Origin: Eledone cirrhosa
Lineage: Eukaryota
DNA length: 64,000 nucleotides
Direction of reading: 5' to 3'
Assembly: GCA_964016885.1 (NCBI GenBank)
Contig: OZ024743.1
Location: forward strand, 271,870,001-271,934,000
The notes under the pieces: model-generated
Databases searched by the model: none
Seen by the model: only the letters and a program-made list of their open reading frames with translations
What the model was told of the DNA's origin: nothing
Program-made: the position numbers and the translations under genes
In this document: positions 11,060 to 20,974 of the stretch, in pieces
How the letters are laid out: the number at the start of each line of letters is the position of its first letter
Position numbering within the stretch: the stretch's first letter is position 1

Positions 11060-13100
11060 ACTAATCTCCTAAAGATTTGAGGACAATTGAAGGAGTTGAA
11101 TTTCCAACATTCTAAGAAGCATGCAGGAAACTTGGTCTGTTAGATGAAGATGGAGAAAAGGACAAAGCTATGGAAGAGGCCTCATCCATTACGCTTGGTC
11201 CTCAGCTGTGAGAGATCTTCTGCACCATTTTATTGTACAGCATGCCAAATGCCCCTCTGCAGTTCTGGGAGAAATGGAAGAATTGTCTTGCAGAGGATAT
11301 CATGCATGAACGCCATGAGCAAGTCATGTCCATGCAAGCTGCGCAGATTGTTCTACAGAAGATCCAACAAAGACTTCAACATGATGGCTTGGACATTCAT
11401 GCCAACTACGGACTTCCTCGGCCAGACCCAACTATTGTTGCCATACCAAAAATCAACAGGGTTCTTATGGCAGAAACTGATTTCAATACACACCAACTGC
11501 AAGCAAACATAAATGAACTTCTGCCAACATTGAATCCTGAGCAACTGGTTATTTTTCACAAAGTAATCACCTCTGTAAATGAAAATGAAGGCAGAATTTT
11601 CTGCTTGAATGCAAGTGCAGGTACAGGAAAGACCTATGTCATAAACATCATGTTGGATTACCTCCGATTTAAAAAAGAAATTACACTTGCCACTGCCATA
11701 TCTGGAATAACAGCCACTTTGCTTCACAAAGGTAGAACTCTTCATTCCAAGTGCAAGATTCCTCTGAATGTGACTGCTGAATCAACTTGCTTCTTCACAA
11801 AGAAGGATAACACAGGTAAACTTATGCAACAAGCTGATGAAAGACAGTTTGCAAACTACCTTCTTGATGTGGGAAATGGTAACATTCCAACTGTTCCAAC
11901 TGTAGGTGCATTCACAATTCTTCTGCCAAATGAACTTTGTCTGGAATATGTAATGTGTCTGGACTGTGTGATTTTGTGTATACAAATCTTCCAGGAAACT
12001 ACTCAAACCCACTATGGTTTGCAAATAGAGCTATTATCACTCCAACAAATGATGCAGCAAGATTGGTGAATGAGTTCAATGTCAACAAGTTCTCTGGTCA
12101 TGAAATAATTTACAGAAGCTCTGATACAGTAGATAATGAACTGCAATATCCAATTGAGTTCATCAACAAACTTACCCTATCAGGCTTCCCAACACACATA
12201 CTTAAACTGAAGAAGAAAGGCAGTTGCATCATGCCTCTGAGAAATCTGGATCCTCTAAATGGGCATTTCAATGGTACATGCTACATCATCATCAGTTTAT
12301 ATAATCATGTAATTGAAGCTAAAGTGGCATTGGGTCCCAATGCTGGAACAAGGTTGCTAATCCTAAGGATACTACATGTATCTCAAGAGCTTGAGTTCCC
12401 TTTCACCTTTACTCGCAAGCAATTTCCTGTCAAATCAGCCTTTGCCCTTACATGCAACAAGGCACAAGAGCAGACATTTGAAAAGATAGGTGTATATCTA
12501 CCAACACAATTCTTCTCACATGGTCAGATGTATGTTACATTATCACGAGTTACAAAAACAAAAAATATTAAAATATTAAATGAAAGGGGTCTGTTTTCTG
12601 ACAACTATGTCTATAAAGAAATTCTACAGTAAAGTGAAACAGCTATCACTCTCTTTTAGTTGAAATGCATTTCAGTTTCTTTTTAACTGCTAGAAAAGGG
12701 ACACTACAAAAACTTAAGAAGTCTATATGTGAATACAGTAAAACAACAATATAGTGAAGGTCAACTCTTCATATTGGCAAATGTAATTCATTCATTCATA
12801 CCAGCAGCATCTATTTTCAAATTCACTGCTTGAAGCTTCCCATCGACATTCTCAAGTGGAGATTCATGAACATTTTCCGTCAACAGTTTCATCACTTTTC
12901 CATCTCCATTATCGTCTTTTTTTAAATGTATCATGGATTACTTTACTGATTACAGAAGTAAGTGTAACACAGTCTTTGTTCAGTTCATGTGCATATTGTC
13001 AATTTATGTATTATATCTATGTGCATATATATTTGCGTATATCAATATACATACTATATATGCTAGCAGAAAACCGCCCTTTGAACGGTACTTCTGCTAG
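11060..13100 (+). mobile_element. Helitron 3' part: degenerate Rep/Hel (Pif1-like helicase) and 3' terminus
   Basis: DLRTIEGVEFPTF..AC..LGLL; ASAGTGKT (Walker A); GRTLHSKCKIP; LRNL...NGT; RKQFPVKSAFALTCNKAQ..T; FSHGQMYVTLSRV. Terminal hairpin and CTAG|T at 13097-13101. Confidence 0.88.
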
Positions 13101-13445
13101 TATATATTATTATATATCATGCTTAATATAGAAAGGACTAGAACTGTTTCATTCAAAAGAAATCATTCATCAGGAAAGCCATAGAGGATTTCTTTTGAAT
13201 ACTATTTTATTTATAATCCTTATAAACCTACTTTCCAATTTAAGGGTTAAAACAAAATGGCAGTTGAACATCAACCCTAGCCAAGATTGAATCCTGGTCT
13301 CAGAAATCCCATGTGTCTTATCACTAGACAGATTGCCTTGAAACTACAGTGAAAATTAATCCTTATAAACCTACTTTCCAATTTAATGGTTAAAACAAAA
13401 TGGCTATCAAACATCAACAATAGCCGAGATTGAACCCTAAGTCAA

Positions 13446-13910
13446 TATCTTGTTGTTGTTGTTGGCAGTGGTGGTGATGGTGGTAGTGGTGGTGTTGTGG
13501 ATGTGGCAGTGGTGGTAGTAGTTGTAGTGGTGGCAGTGGCAGTGGTGGTGATGGTGGTAGTGGTGTTGTTGGAGATGTGGCAGTGGTGGTAGTAGTTGTA
13601 GTTGTGGCAGTGGTGGTGATGGTGGTAGTGGTGGTGTTGTGGATGTGGCAGTGGTGGTAGTAGTTGTAGTTGTGGCAGTGGTGGTGATGGTGGTAGTGGT
13701 GGTGTTGTGGATGTAATAGCAGTAGTGATGGTGGTGTTGTGGTTGTGGTGTTGTGGTTGTGGTGGTAGTAGTTGTAGTTGTGGCAGTGGTGGTAGTAGTG
13801 GCAGTGGTGTTGATGGTGGTAGTGGTGATGTTGTGGTTGTTGTGGTAGTAGTTGTAGTTGTGGCAGTGGTGGTGTTGTGGATGTGATAGCGGTGGTGATG
13901 GTGGTAGTAT
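13446..13910. repeat. (GGT)-rich degenerate repeat of the same type as 7370-7780
   Basis: Shares the unit gtggtggtgttgtggatgtggcagtggtggtagtagttgt with the right end of the 5220-7780 array. Confidence 0.9.
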
Positions 13911-13987
13911 GTGTGTGTGTGTTTGTGAAGATGAACATTTGTAATGGCTGCCTGTAATGGTGGCAAAAACTTTTTACCCTATTGATG

Positions 13988-14205
13988 TACGAGGGTCAGC
14001 TGAAAAGTTCATAGGATGAAAAATTCATAGGCTGACCAGGATTTTCTCATGGAATAACCAAATGAGGTTTATTTTTCAGCATAGTCCCTAGAAAGAAACA
14101 ATGCAGTTGTTAATAAGAAGAGTTGAAATTAGGGCACGCAAGATTTCACAGCTCTAGCAGCACTCCTTTATAGTCAGCCTATGAACTTTTCTGCTGATGC
14201 TTGTA
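13988..14205. mobile_element. Tc1/mariner-type MITE
   Basis: TA-CGAGGGTCAGCTGAAAAGTTCATAGG ... CCTATGAACTTTTCTGCTGATGCTTG-TA imperfect TIRs with TA flanks. Confidence 0.7.
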
Positions 14206-14691
14206 TATGATAAAGAATATAAGTGCACATTGTGAAATTTGGTGAAACAAATTTATGCAAATGCATGTGCATTATGAGTACAGAAATATATATATATTTC
14301 GAAAATATAAGAGTGTTGAGTAGGTTTTAAATTCTTAGAAAATGTAGAAATCTCAAACACAGAAAATAACTGTAACTACTGTTGATTGCTATACACAATA
14401 GCTTAGAAAAGCAGGTAAAATACCCCTATAGAGAGAAAAAGTGGCCAGTAGCACCGCAAAGAATCAAACTCTGTTCCTCTCAAATTCCAGCTAAGCACTT
14501 TAAACCATATATAATTCACAATGTCTGTGTGTTTGTTCTGTTTTCTCTGTTAAGTCTGCCCAGGAAAAATCTTGGTCCAAGACCAATCCTTTTGTGACAT
14601 GGTTCCAAACATATCAAAGACTACCAAAGGTACTAACTTGATGTGAGTGGAGCAAGCTTGTAAGCTAGTGTATATATATATATATATATAT

Positions 14692-15161
14692 ACATGGAAA
14701 GTTATATTTAAATTGTTGGGTTACAACTAGTAAATATTTATAACTGATATAAAATCACTCGACAAGTATTTGGAGTATATTTACGATATTAAATAAATGG
14801 AAACTATATTTATTTATAAAACCATATTTATTTCATTATATATATTTCAGGGATATCATATTAACAATATGCTATGCCTTCCTCAGACAAAATACAATAT
14901 AGACAGTCTTATAGATAAATAGATTTGACATACCGTTCAACATCGACTTGTATTTGAAAAGTTGATTTGGCAGATCTGCCAAATCAACTTTTCAAATACA
15001 AGTCGATGTTGAACGGTATGTCAAATCTATTTATCTATAAGACTGTCTATATTGTATTTTGTCTGAGGAAGGCATAGCATATTGTTAATATGATATTCCT
15101 GAAATATATATAATGAAATAAATATGGTTTTATAAATAAATATAGTTTCCATTTATTTAAT

Positions 15162-15165
<4 letters not shown>
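14692..15165. mobile_element. Fold-back (palindromic) Penelope-like pLTR remnant in (TA)n
   Basis: 189-bp arms (14786-14974 / 14975-15163) with no spacer, centred on AGATCT; one mismatch seen; (TA)n on both sides. Confidence 0.8.
15055..15120 (+). ncRNA. Type I hammerhead ribozyme (mirror copy on the minus strand in the left arm)
   Basis: tattttgt-CTGAGGA-agg..cct-GAAA-tatata-TA-atgaaata: core boxes, stem I (with G.U pairs), stem II and a palindromic minimal stem III. Confidence 0.75.
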
Positions 15166-15215
<50 letters not shown>

Positions 15216-15409
15216 CATACAGAGAGAAGTACACATAGAGATGTAAGTTGAGCTTCTTAAGTTGAATGCTTCTGAGCTGCTATTTTTAGCGGCCTTATGG
15301 TCTATTTGCACCACCTTGGGCTATAAAACGTACATGTGTCTTCTCTATACCATGTGTGTATTCTTAGTTATCTAATATATTTTTAAAAGTGAAGATCGTA
15401 TTGATAGGG

Positions 15410-15491
15410 CATCCGCTGATGAGCTACAACTACAATATGTAATCTTCACTTTATATAGCGAAACATACTCTAATTTGAGCATGTCCAGATG
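15410..15491 (+). ncRNA. Type I hammerhead ribozyme with full stem III, inside a PLE-like remnant (15212-15727) bounded by (TA)n
   Basis: catccg-CTGATGA-gcta...tagc-GAAA-catactc/gagcatg-TC-cagatg; GUC cleavage triplet ends at 15485. Confidence 0.8.
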
Positions 15492-16642
15492 TTATAGTTG
15501 TAACTGGATGGTTAGTGCACTTTAATATATTCTTTTAATTCATATGTATTCACCATTCCTTCCATAGTTAATATGTTTGTCACTCTGGTGGGTTTAAATC
15601 CCATATGATTGAACACATATCTCTATGTGTACCTATATGCTGATTTATAAAGAGCCCGGAATCTGTTCTTTAAGCTCATTAAATTATAGGGGATGATTGT
15701 GGGTACTTAACTCCACTTTTAATTTGATATATATATATATATATATATATCATTGGTGTGGGATGCTTAAAGCATCCGTAAGCGGTAGGCCGTTTGAGCA
15801 CTTGATGCTCTTACAGAGCAGAGTATGATATCACATAAGAAACGGAGAATCAGTGTTGCAACGAATAAAATTTATTAGACATATTACAATCATTTCTCTG
15901 GTGACCAGCTCGAGGCACGATCGATGCAATGATCGAACCTGACTCTGAAATCGCAAGATCCTCAGATACATCTCAATTCTTTGTAGAATCGAGAATAATG
16001 TAGTTCTTTCTAAGAAGAGATATAAAGGTTCAAATGTCATTAAAATAAATTAATAAAAAGAGAGAGTCATCGTTCCTCAATGAACAAAGGTCAAGGTTTA
16101 TCCCAAGTTCTCAAGATGTTAAGTGACTGAGAGTACAAAACTTCATACTCTGGATAAAAACTAGAGTTTATCACCCTAGGTTCTCAAAATGTTAAACTAC
16201 TGAGAGTAAATGACACTTGCCTTAGATGCTACACAGAGGAATCAAACCTAGGACCTTATGATTGCAAAGCAAACTTCTTAACCATTCAGCCATGTGGTGT
16301 CCACAACTATAATATAGTCCTATGATAATGAGCTGATAAACAGCAGTAGAGTTTGGTGGAGGAGAGGGCTGTTAAATTACTGAAGTGGGTTGGGGTACAG
16401 TTTAACATAATTTGTGTTAAAAGTGTTTATTTACATTAGATGTAATTCAATCTTGTTAATTCTATTTTAACAGTGATAAGACAGCCTGGCAAACACCACA
16501 GATAATTACATGACAGGAAATATGAGGAGATATTCAGAAGAAAAATAGATAAATATAATTGTTACAGTCTTATTCCTGTTTCTTTTTTATTTAGGAGAGG
16601 TAGTCCCCATGACCGTTTCCAGGGCCTTGCAGACTGATGTGT

Positions 16643-16675
<33 letters not shown>

Positions 16676-17149
16676 GGGTATCATCAAGCTTAAGATCTGT
16701 TCTGAATACTAGCAACAGTATGTTGGTGTTAAGCTTGATGATGCTGGTGTTGCCTACTTGGGTGGTAGACGTAATACCTCACTTGGATTCGAACTCATGC
16801 AAAGAGCTGGAATAAATACTGCAAAACATCTCATCTAATGCTCTAGCAATTTTGCCAGTCCACCAAGGGTCAATATATGAAGTAGAACATTAGAACATTG
16901 GATAGAATAGAATATTGTGTGGTATTTTTCTTGTTCTTTATCCTCTGAGTTCAAATTATCTTGGCTAGATTAAAACACTGATCACATTGAATTCAAATAA
17001 ATTCCACAAGCTATTTCATTTGATGATCTAATATATCGGCTAATCAACCACCAATATCTCCTTTTTCATTGACAAAACTTACTAGAGGAACTGTCATAGA
17101 TTTTGGACAATAAAAACTCTACTTTGTAAACTTCTAATTTAATGATGCT

Positions 17150-17450
17150 TAACACACCCAATACCTGCTGTAAATAGGTAGTGCTGGTGTCATGATAAAA
17201 TGCACCCAGTCTACTCTGTAGAATAGTAGTATTGGTACCATGATAAAATACACTCAATCCCTGCTGTAAAGTGATAGTACTAGTGCCATGATAAAACACA
17301 CTCAATCACTGCTATAAAGTGGTAGTGCTGGTGTCACAATAAACACACACACAATCTTCAAATTAAAATGATAAAATGCACCCAGTCCAATCTGTAAAGT
17401 GATAGTGTTGGTACCATGAGAAAATTCACCCAGTCCATTCTGTAAAGCAG
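17150..17450. repeat. ~48-bp minisatellite, about 5-6 diverged units
   Basis: Recurring ctgtaaagtgatagtgctggtgccatgataaaa(t/c)(g/a)cac(c/t)ca. Confidence 0.8.
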
Positions 17451-17821
17451 TAACGCTCTTTCAGTCACATAGCAAGTCACTTACCAAACAAGTACATTTG
17501 TTTTAGCTGGTTTATACATCTTAACTCTTTAATTACCATATTTCTAATGAAAAACACTACCTTTGTTTTTCAAATAATTTTGAAAATAATCAAGAATTTT
17601 AGAGCATAAAAAAAAGTATTTTCTGAAAAAAGACTATATGATGAGTATGAAGACTGTTATGGAGCCCAGAAGGCCAACCCCCTGCTTTGGCAGGGAAAAT
17701 AGTTTTTCCAAATTTTATGGTTAGATTCTCCCTCAAGGTTATGGCAATACTGAAGCACTGTTGTCAAATTCATGGAATTGTTTAGTTAAGTTTCTTCTAC
17801 TTTGATTTATAAAGCAGCATA

Positions 17822-18172
17822 TACCGTATTTGCTGCTCTATTGGACACCTCTTTGTATAAGACACCCCCTGGTTTTACAAGAACATTTTGAGAAAAAAAG
17901 AATTTTAGTACATTTCTTCATAGATTTATTAAAAATTATTTCATTGTTTTTTCAGAAACTCTTATATAAGTTCGACAATATTTTACTTATATAAATTGTA
18001 TTATATTACTGCATTAGTAATACTAATAACAATACAAACTAAATTATTTTAACCATGATTGTCCTCACCCTGGGTTCGGCTTCTCATCGGTGCTATGGGT
18101 GTATTGGATGCAGGGAAGATTTTTCATATGTTTTTAGGGAAAAAAGTACATCTGATAGGCTGGCAAATACAG
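17822..18172. mobile_element. pogo/Tigger-like MITE
   Basis: TA-CCGTATTTGC...tataagacacccc at the left end and GCAAATACAG at the right end; imperfect TIRs. Confidence 0.5.
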
Positions 18173-18365
18173 CCATCATCATCATCATTTCCGTTTAGTG
18201 TCAATTCTTCCATGCTTGCATGAGTTAAATGGGTCATCTATGCCGGGAGGCAGGTCTGGCCATGGTTGGCCATGTCGCACTTTGCTCCGGCAAGAACTGT
18301 AAATTTGGCTCAATATTTTACAACTAGATGCCCCTTCTTAACACCAACCACATTTACAGTGTGGG
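18173..18365 (-). mobile_element. RTE-type 3' tail fragment with (GAT)n
   Basis: (CAT)n followed by cttccatgcttgcatg...gatgccccttcttaacaccaaccac, as at 1-160 and 57855-58030. Confidence 0.6.
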
Positions 18366-19200
18366 ACTGGATGGCTCCATCATGAGGAAGGACTGGCCAG
18401 TTGGCCACACCGAACTTGTCTCACAATGAAACCAAAGTTTTGGACCCCAACCCATCTCACAGTGGAACCATGCTTTAGGAGCCCGGTACTGGATGAGGAG
18501 GGACAGGTGCTAGGCCACAGTTTGGAAACCTAGCATTGGATGGCACCACTATGTGAAAAGGCCAATGGGAGCCCAGTACCGGATGGTACTAATACGAGGA
18601 ACCTAACCCATCTCACAGTGCAGCCATAGTTTTGTAGCCAAGTATCGGAGGGCACTGGCATGAGGAGGGACAGGTCACTTGGCCACGCCAAACCCATCTC
18701 ACAGCCTAGCCACAACATAGTTTAGGGGCCTGATACTGGATGACGTCACTATGAGGAAGGCTAGGTGCAAAACTACAGTATAGGAGCCTGGCTCGCAGCA
18801 GGAACACAGTTTTTAGAGCCTGGCACTGGGTGACACCACTATGAGAAGGGACAGGCCAATTTCGCTGCATCAAACCCCTCTCACAATGGCACCCCACTTT
18901 CAGGGCTGGGTACTCTCCATGTGACAAACTCTTCTCAGTACGAAACGACATTTTGGAGTCTGGAACTTGCGCTGAACCCATCTCACAGTGAAACCATGGT
19001 TTCAGGTCCGGCACTGGATTACACCACTATGAGGAGAGACAGGCCAGTTGGCTGCATTGGACCCTCTTCACAGTGACATCCCAGTTTCAGAGCAGGGTAC
19101 TTTCCATGCAATGGACCATTCTCAATATGAAAGCACATTTTGGGAGCCTGGGACTGGATGGCACCTCTATGAGGAGGGACGGACCAGTTGGACGCTGGGT
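18365..19200. repeat. ~90-bp minisatellite, about 9 diverged units
   Basis: Recurring gcactggatgacaccactatgaggagggacaggcc...aacccatctcacagtg with ~90-bp spacing (e.g. 18660, 18751, 18841). Confidence 0.8.
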
Positions 19201-19870
19201 TTTTCCTCCGAAAATTCATGGTGGTACACTTGTCCACAGCCAGCTTGAGTTGCTAGTCTGTGATCCATTATTACATTGTGTCCAGGTCTGATTGCTTGGA
19301 AAAATCTATAGTGTTCAGGATCTGTCCTTTTTACCTCAAGGTACAGCTTGATGTCATCTGCATATTTCAGCACTGTGGCATTCTTTAAGTTGGCATCTAT
19401 GTCATTAATATATGCAACAAACAAAAGGGGTACACCAGATGACATCTCATAAGGTGAAGAATGCTGTCCTAGAACCGTGACTACCTCTTTTCGACTGAGA
19501 ATGAAGTACTTCAACCAATTGAAATGATCATTTCTCACACCCATTGCAGAGAGTTTTGCCATAAGTCTTTTGTGTGGCACAGAATTAAAAGCTTTTGCAA
19601 AGTCAAGGTAAAATAACACCCACCCACGAGCCACCATCACTGATCCAGGTGATGTCTTCAAGAAACTCGATAAGTTGATCACAGCAGCGAGGGCCAGATA
19701 AGGCTGTGAGAATTCCAGAAGTTCTAGAGTGTTTCTTTGACATAGGATTCCATCAGTTTGGCAATGCAGCTAGTAAGACTGACTGGACGATAGTTGACAG
19801 GCGATGTGCGGTCACCCTTTTTGAACAGAGGAATGACACTGGCAGTTTTCCACTGCTCCAGAGTAGCTTT
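19200..19870 (-). mobile_element. CR1/L2-group LINE RT fragment
   Basis: YLDFAKAFNSVPHKRL, SGVP..LLFVAYIND, KYADDIKLY; the QGSVLGP motif is deleted. Confidence 0.85.
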
Positions 19871-20360
19871 GTATCCTATATATATATATAGAGAGATATA
19901 GATATATGTATATATATGTGTGTGTGTGTGTGTGTGTGCATGTGTGCCCTTATGTGTACAATCCTATAAATGTCCAATGATATATTTACTTAACTTGTAT
20001 AAAGGAATGTGTATGGGAAAATATTTATCTAAAGAAGTTGCTGTGCCATTGTGGGAAGGGTTTCCAACGTTTCAGACAGAAGCATTCTTCGGGAGGTGAA
20101 AGCGTTTTTCGTCGTAGTTAGCCATAAAAATAAAACTCACTGTAAATTCTTCTCCAAGTGAATACAAATTTTTGGTGTTGTAGATCACCACTAGTTTCTC
20201 TGTAGTCTGTACTTTTTTAGCTATAGAAAACTATATCTATATGTATAGATATAGTTTTCTATAGCTAAAAAAGTACAAACTACAGAGAAAGGCTACATGG
20301 ATTCCTAAATACTTTCAGCTGTCTCCAGTTCATCCGTAAATATTATTTCTCCTCTCTCGC

Positions 20361-20543
20361 GGGGGATTGGCAGTATCGGTAGAGGGTCGGACGCCATGCT
20401 TTGACGCATAGAGTTACGGCCCTTGCCATTCTGAGTTCAAATCCTGCCAAGGTTAACTTTGCCTTTCATCCTTACGTGGTCGATAAAATAAAGTACCAGT
20501 AACACACTGGGTAATTGCTGGCCTTGTGCCAAAAGTAGAAACA
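20361..20543 (+). mobile_element. Young Meta-type tRNA SINE with 19-bp TSD
   Basis: A box tggcagtatcggt, B box gagttcaaatcc, core gcctttcatccttac.tggtcgataaaataaagtaccag; flanking direct repeat attatttctcctctctcgc (20342-20360 / 20544-20562). Confidence 0.88.
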
Positions 20544-20974
20544 ATTATTTCTCCTCTCTCGCAGATATATGCCTTCCTTCCTCCTCAATTTCAAAATGTC
20601 CTGTTCATACCAGTCGTTTTTATTGTTATCATTTTTCGAATTACACCACGTTGGCTATTAAGCCTCTCCCTTAACCCATCACATCTCGTTCTCTCTCTCT
20701 CATTCATTCATTCCGGTTCATTTTTATTGTTGTTATTCCTAAATCTCCTATGATGATGATATATGTGTGCTGGCTGCCTATCTCACAATTTCCCTCTCAC
20801 CCACCCCCACTCACCACCATCGGCTATTCGACCAATCAAACCTTAACCCATTATCAGCCCCCCAAAACACTGCCACTACTACTACTGTCCTTCTAGCCCT
20901 GCACTAAATAATAATAATTCCTTTACTGATATCTATTGATGAGCTGGGGATAAATGGAACAACCCCAAATTAAT

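Noticed and set aside
16594-16640. Possible plus-strand exon (ttttatttag ... gtatgt)
   Set aside because: The donor overlaps a (GT)n repeat, there are no partner exons and the peptide is not recognisable.
20195-20290. ~95-bp palindrome with a nearby CCGAAGA..GAAAC motif on the minus strand (~20065-20095)
   Set aside because: Possibly another decayed PLE remnant, but the core is non-canonical and the stems are unconvincing, so I did not call a ribozyme.
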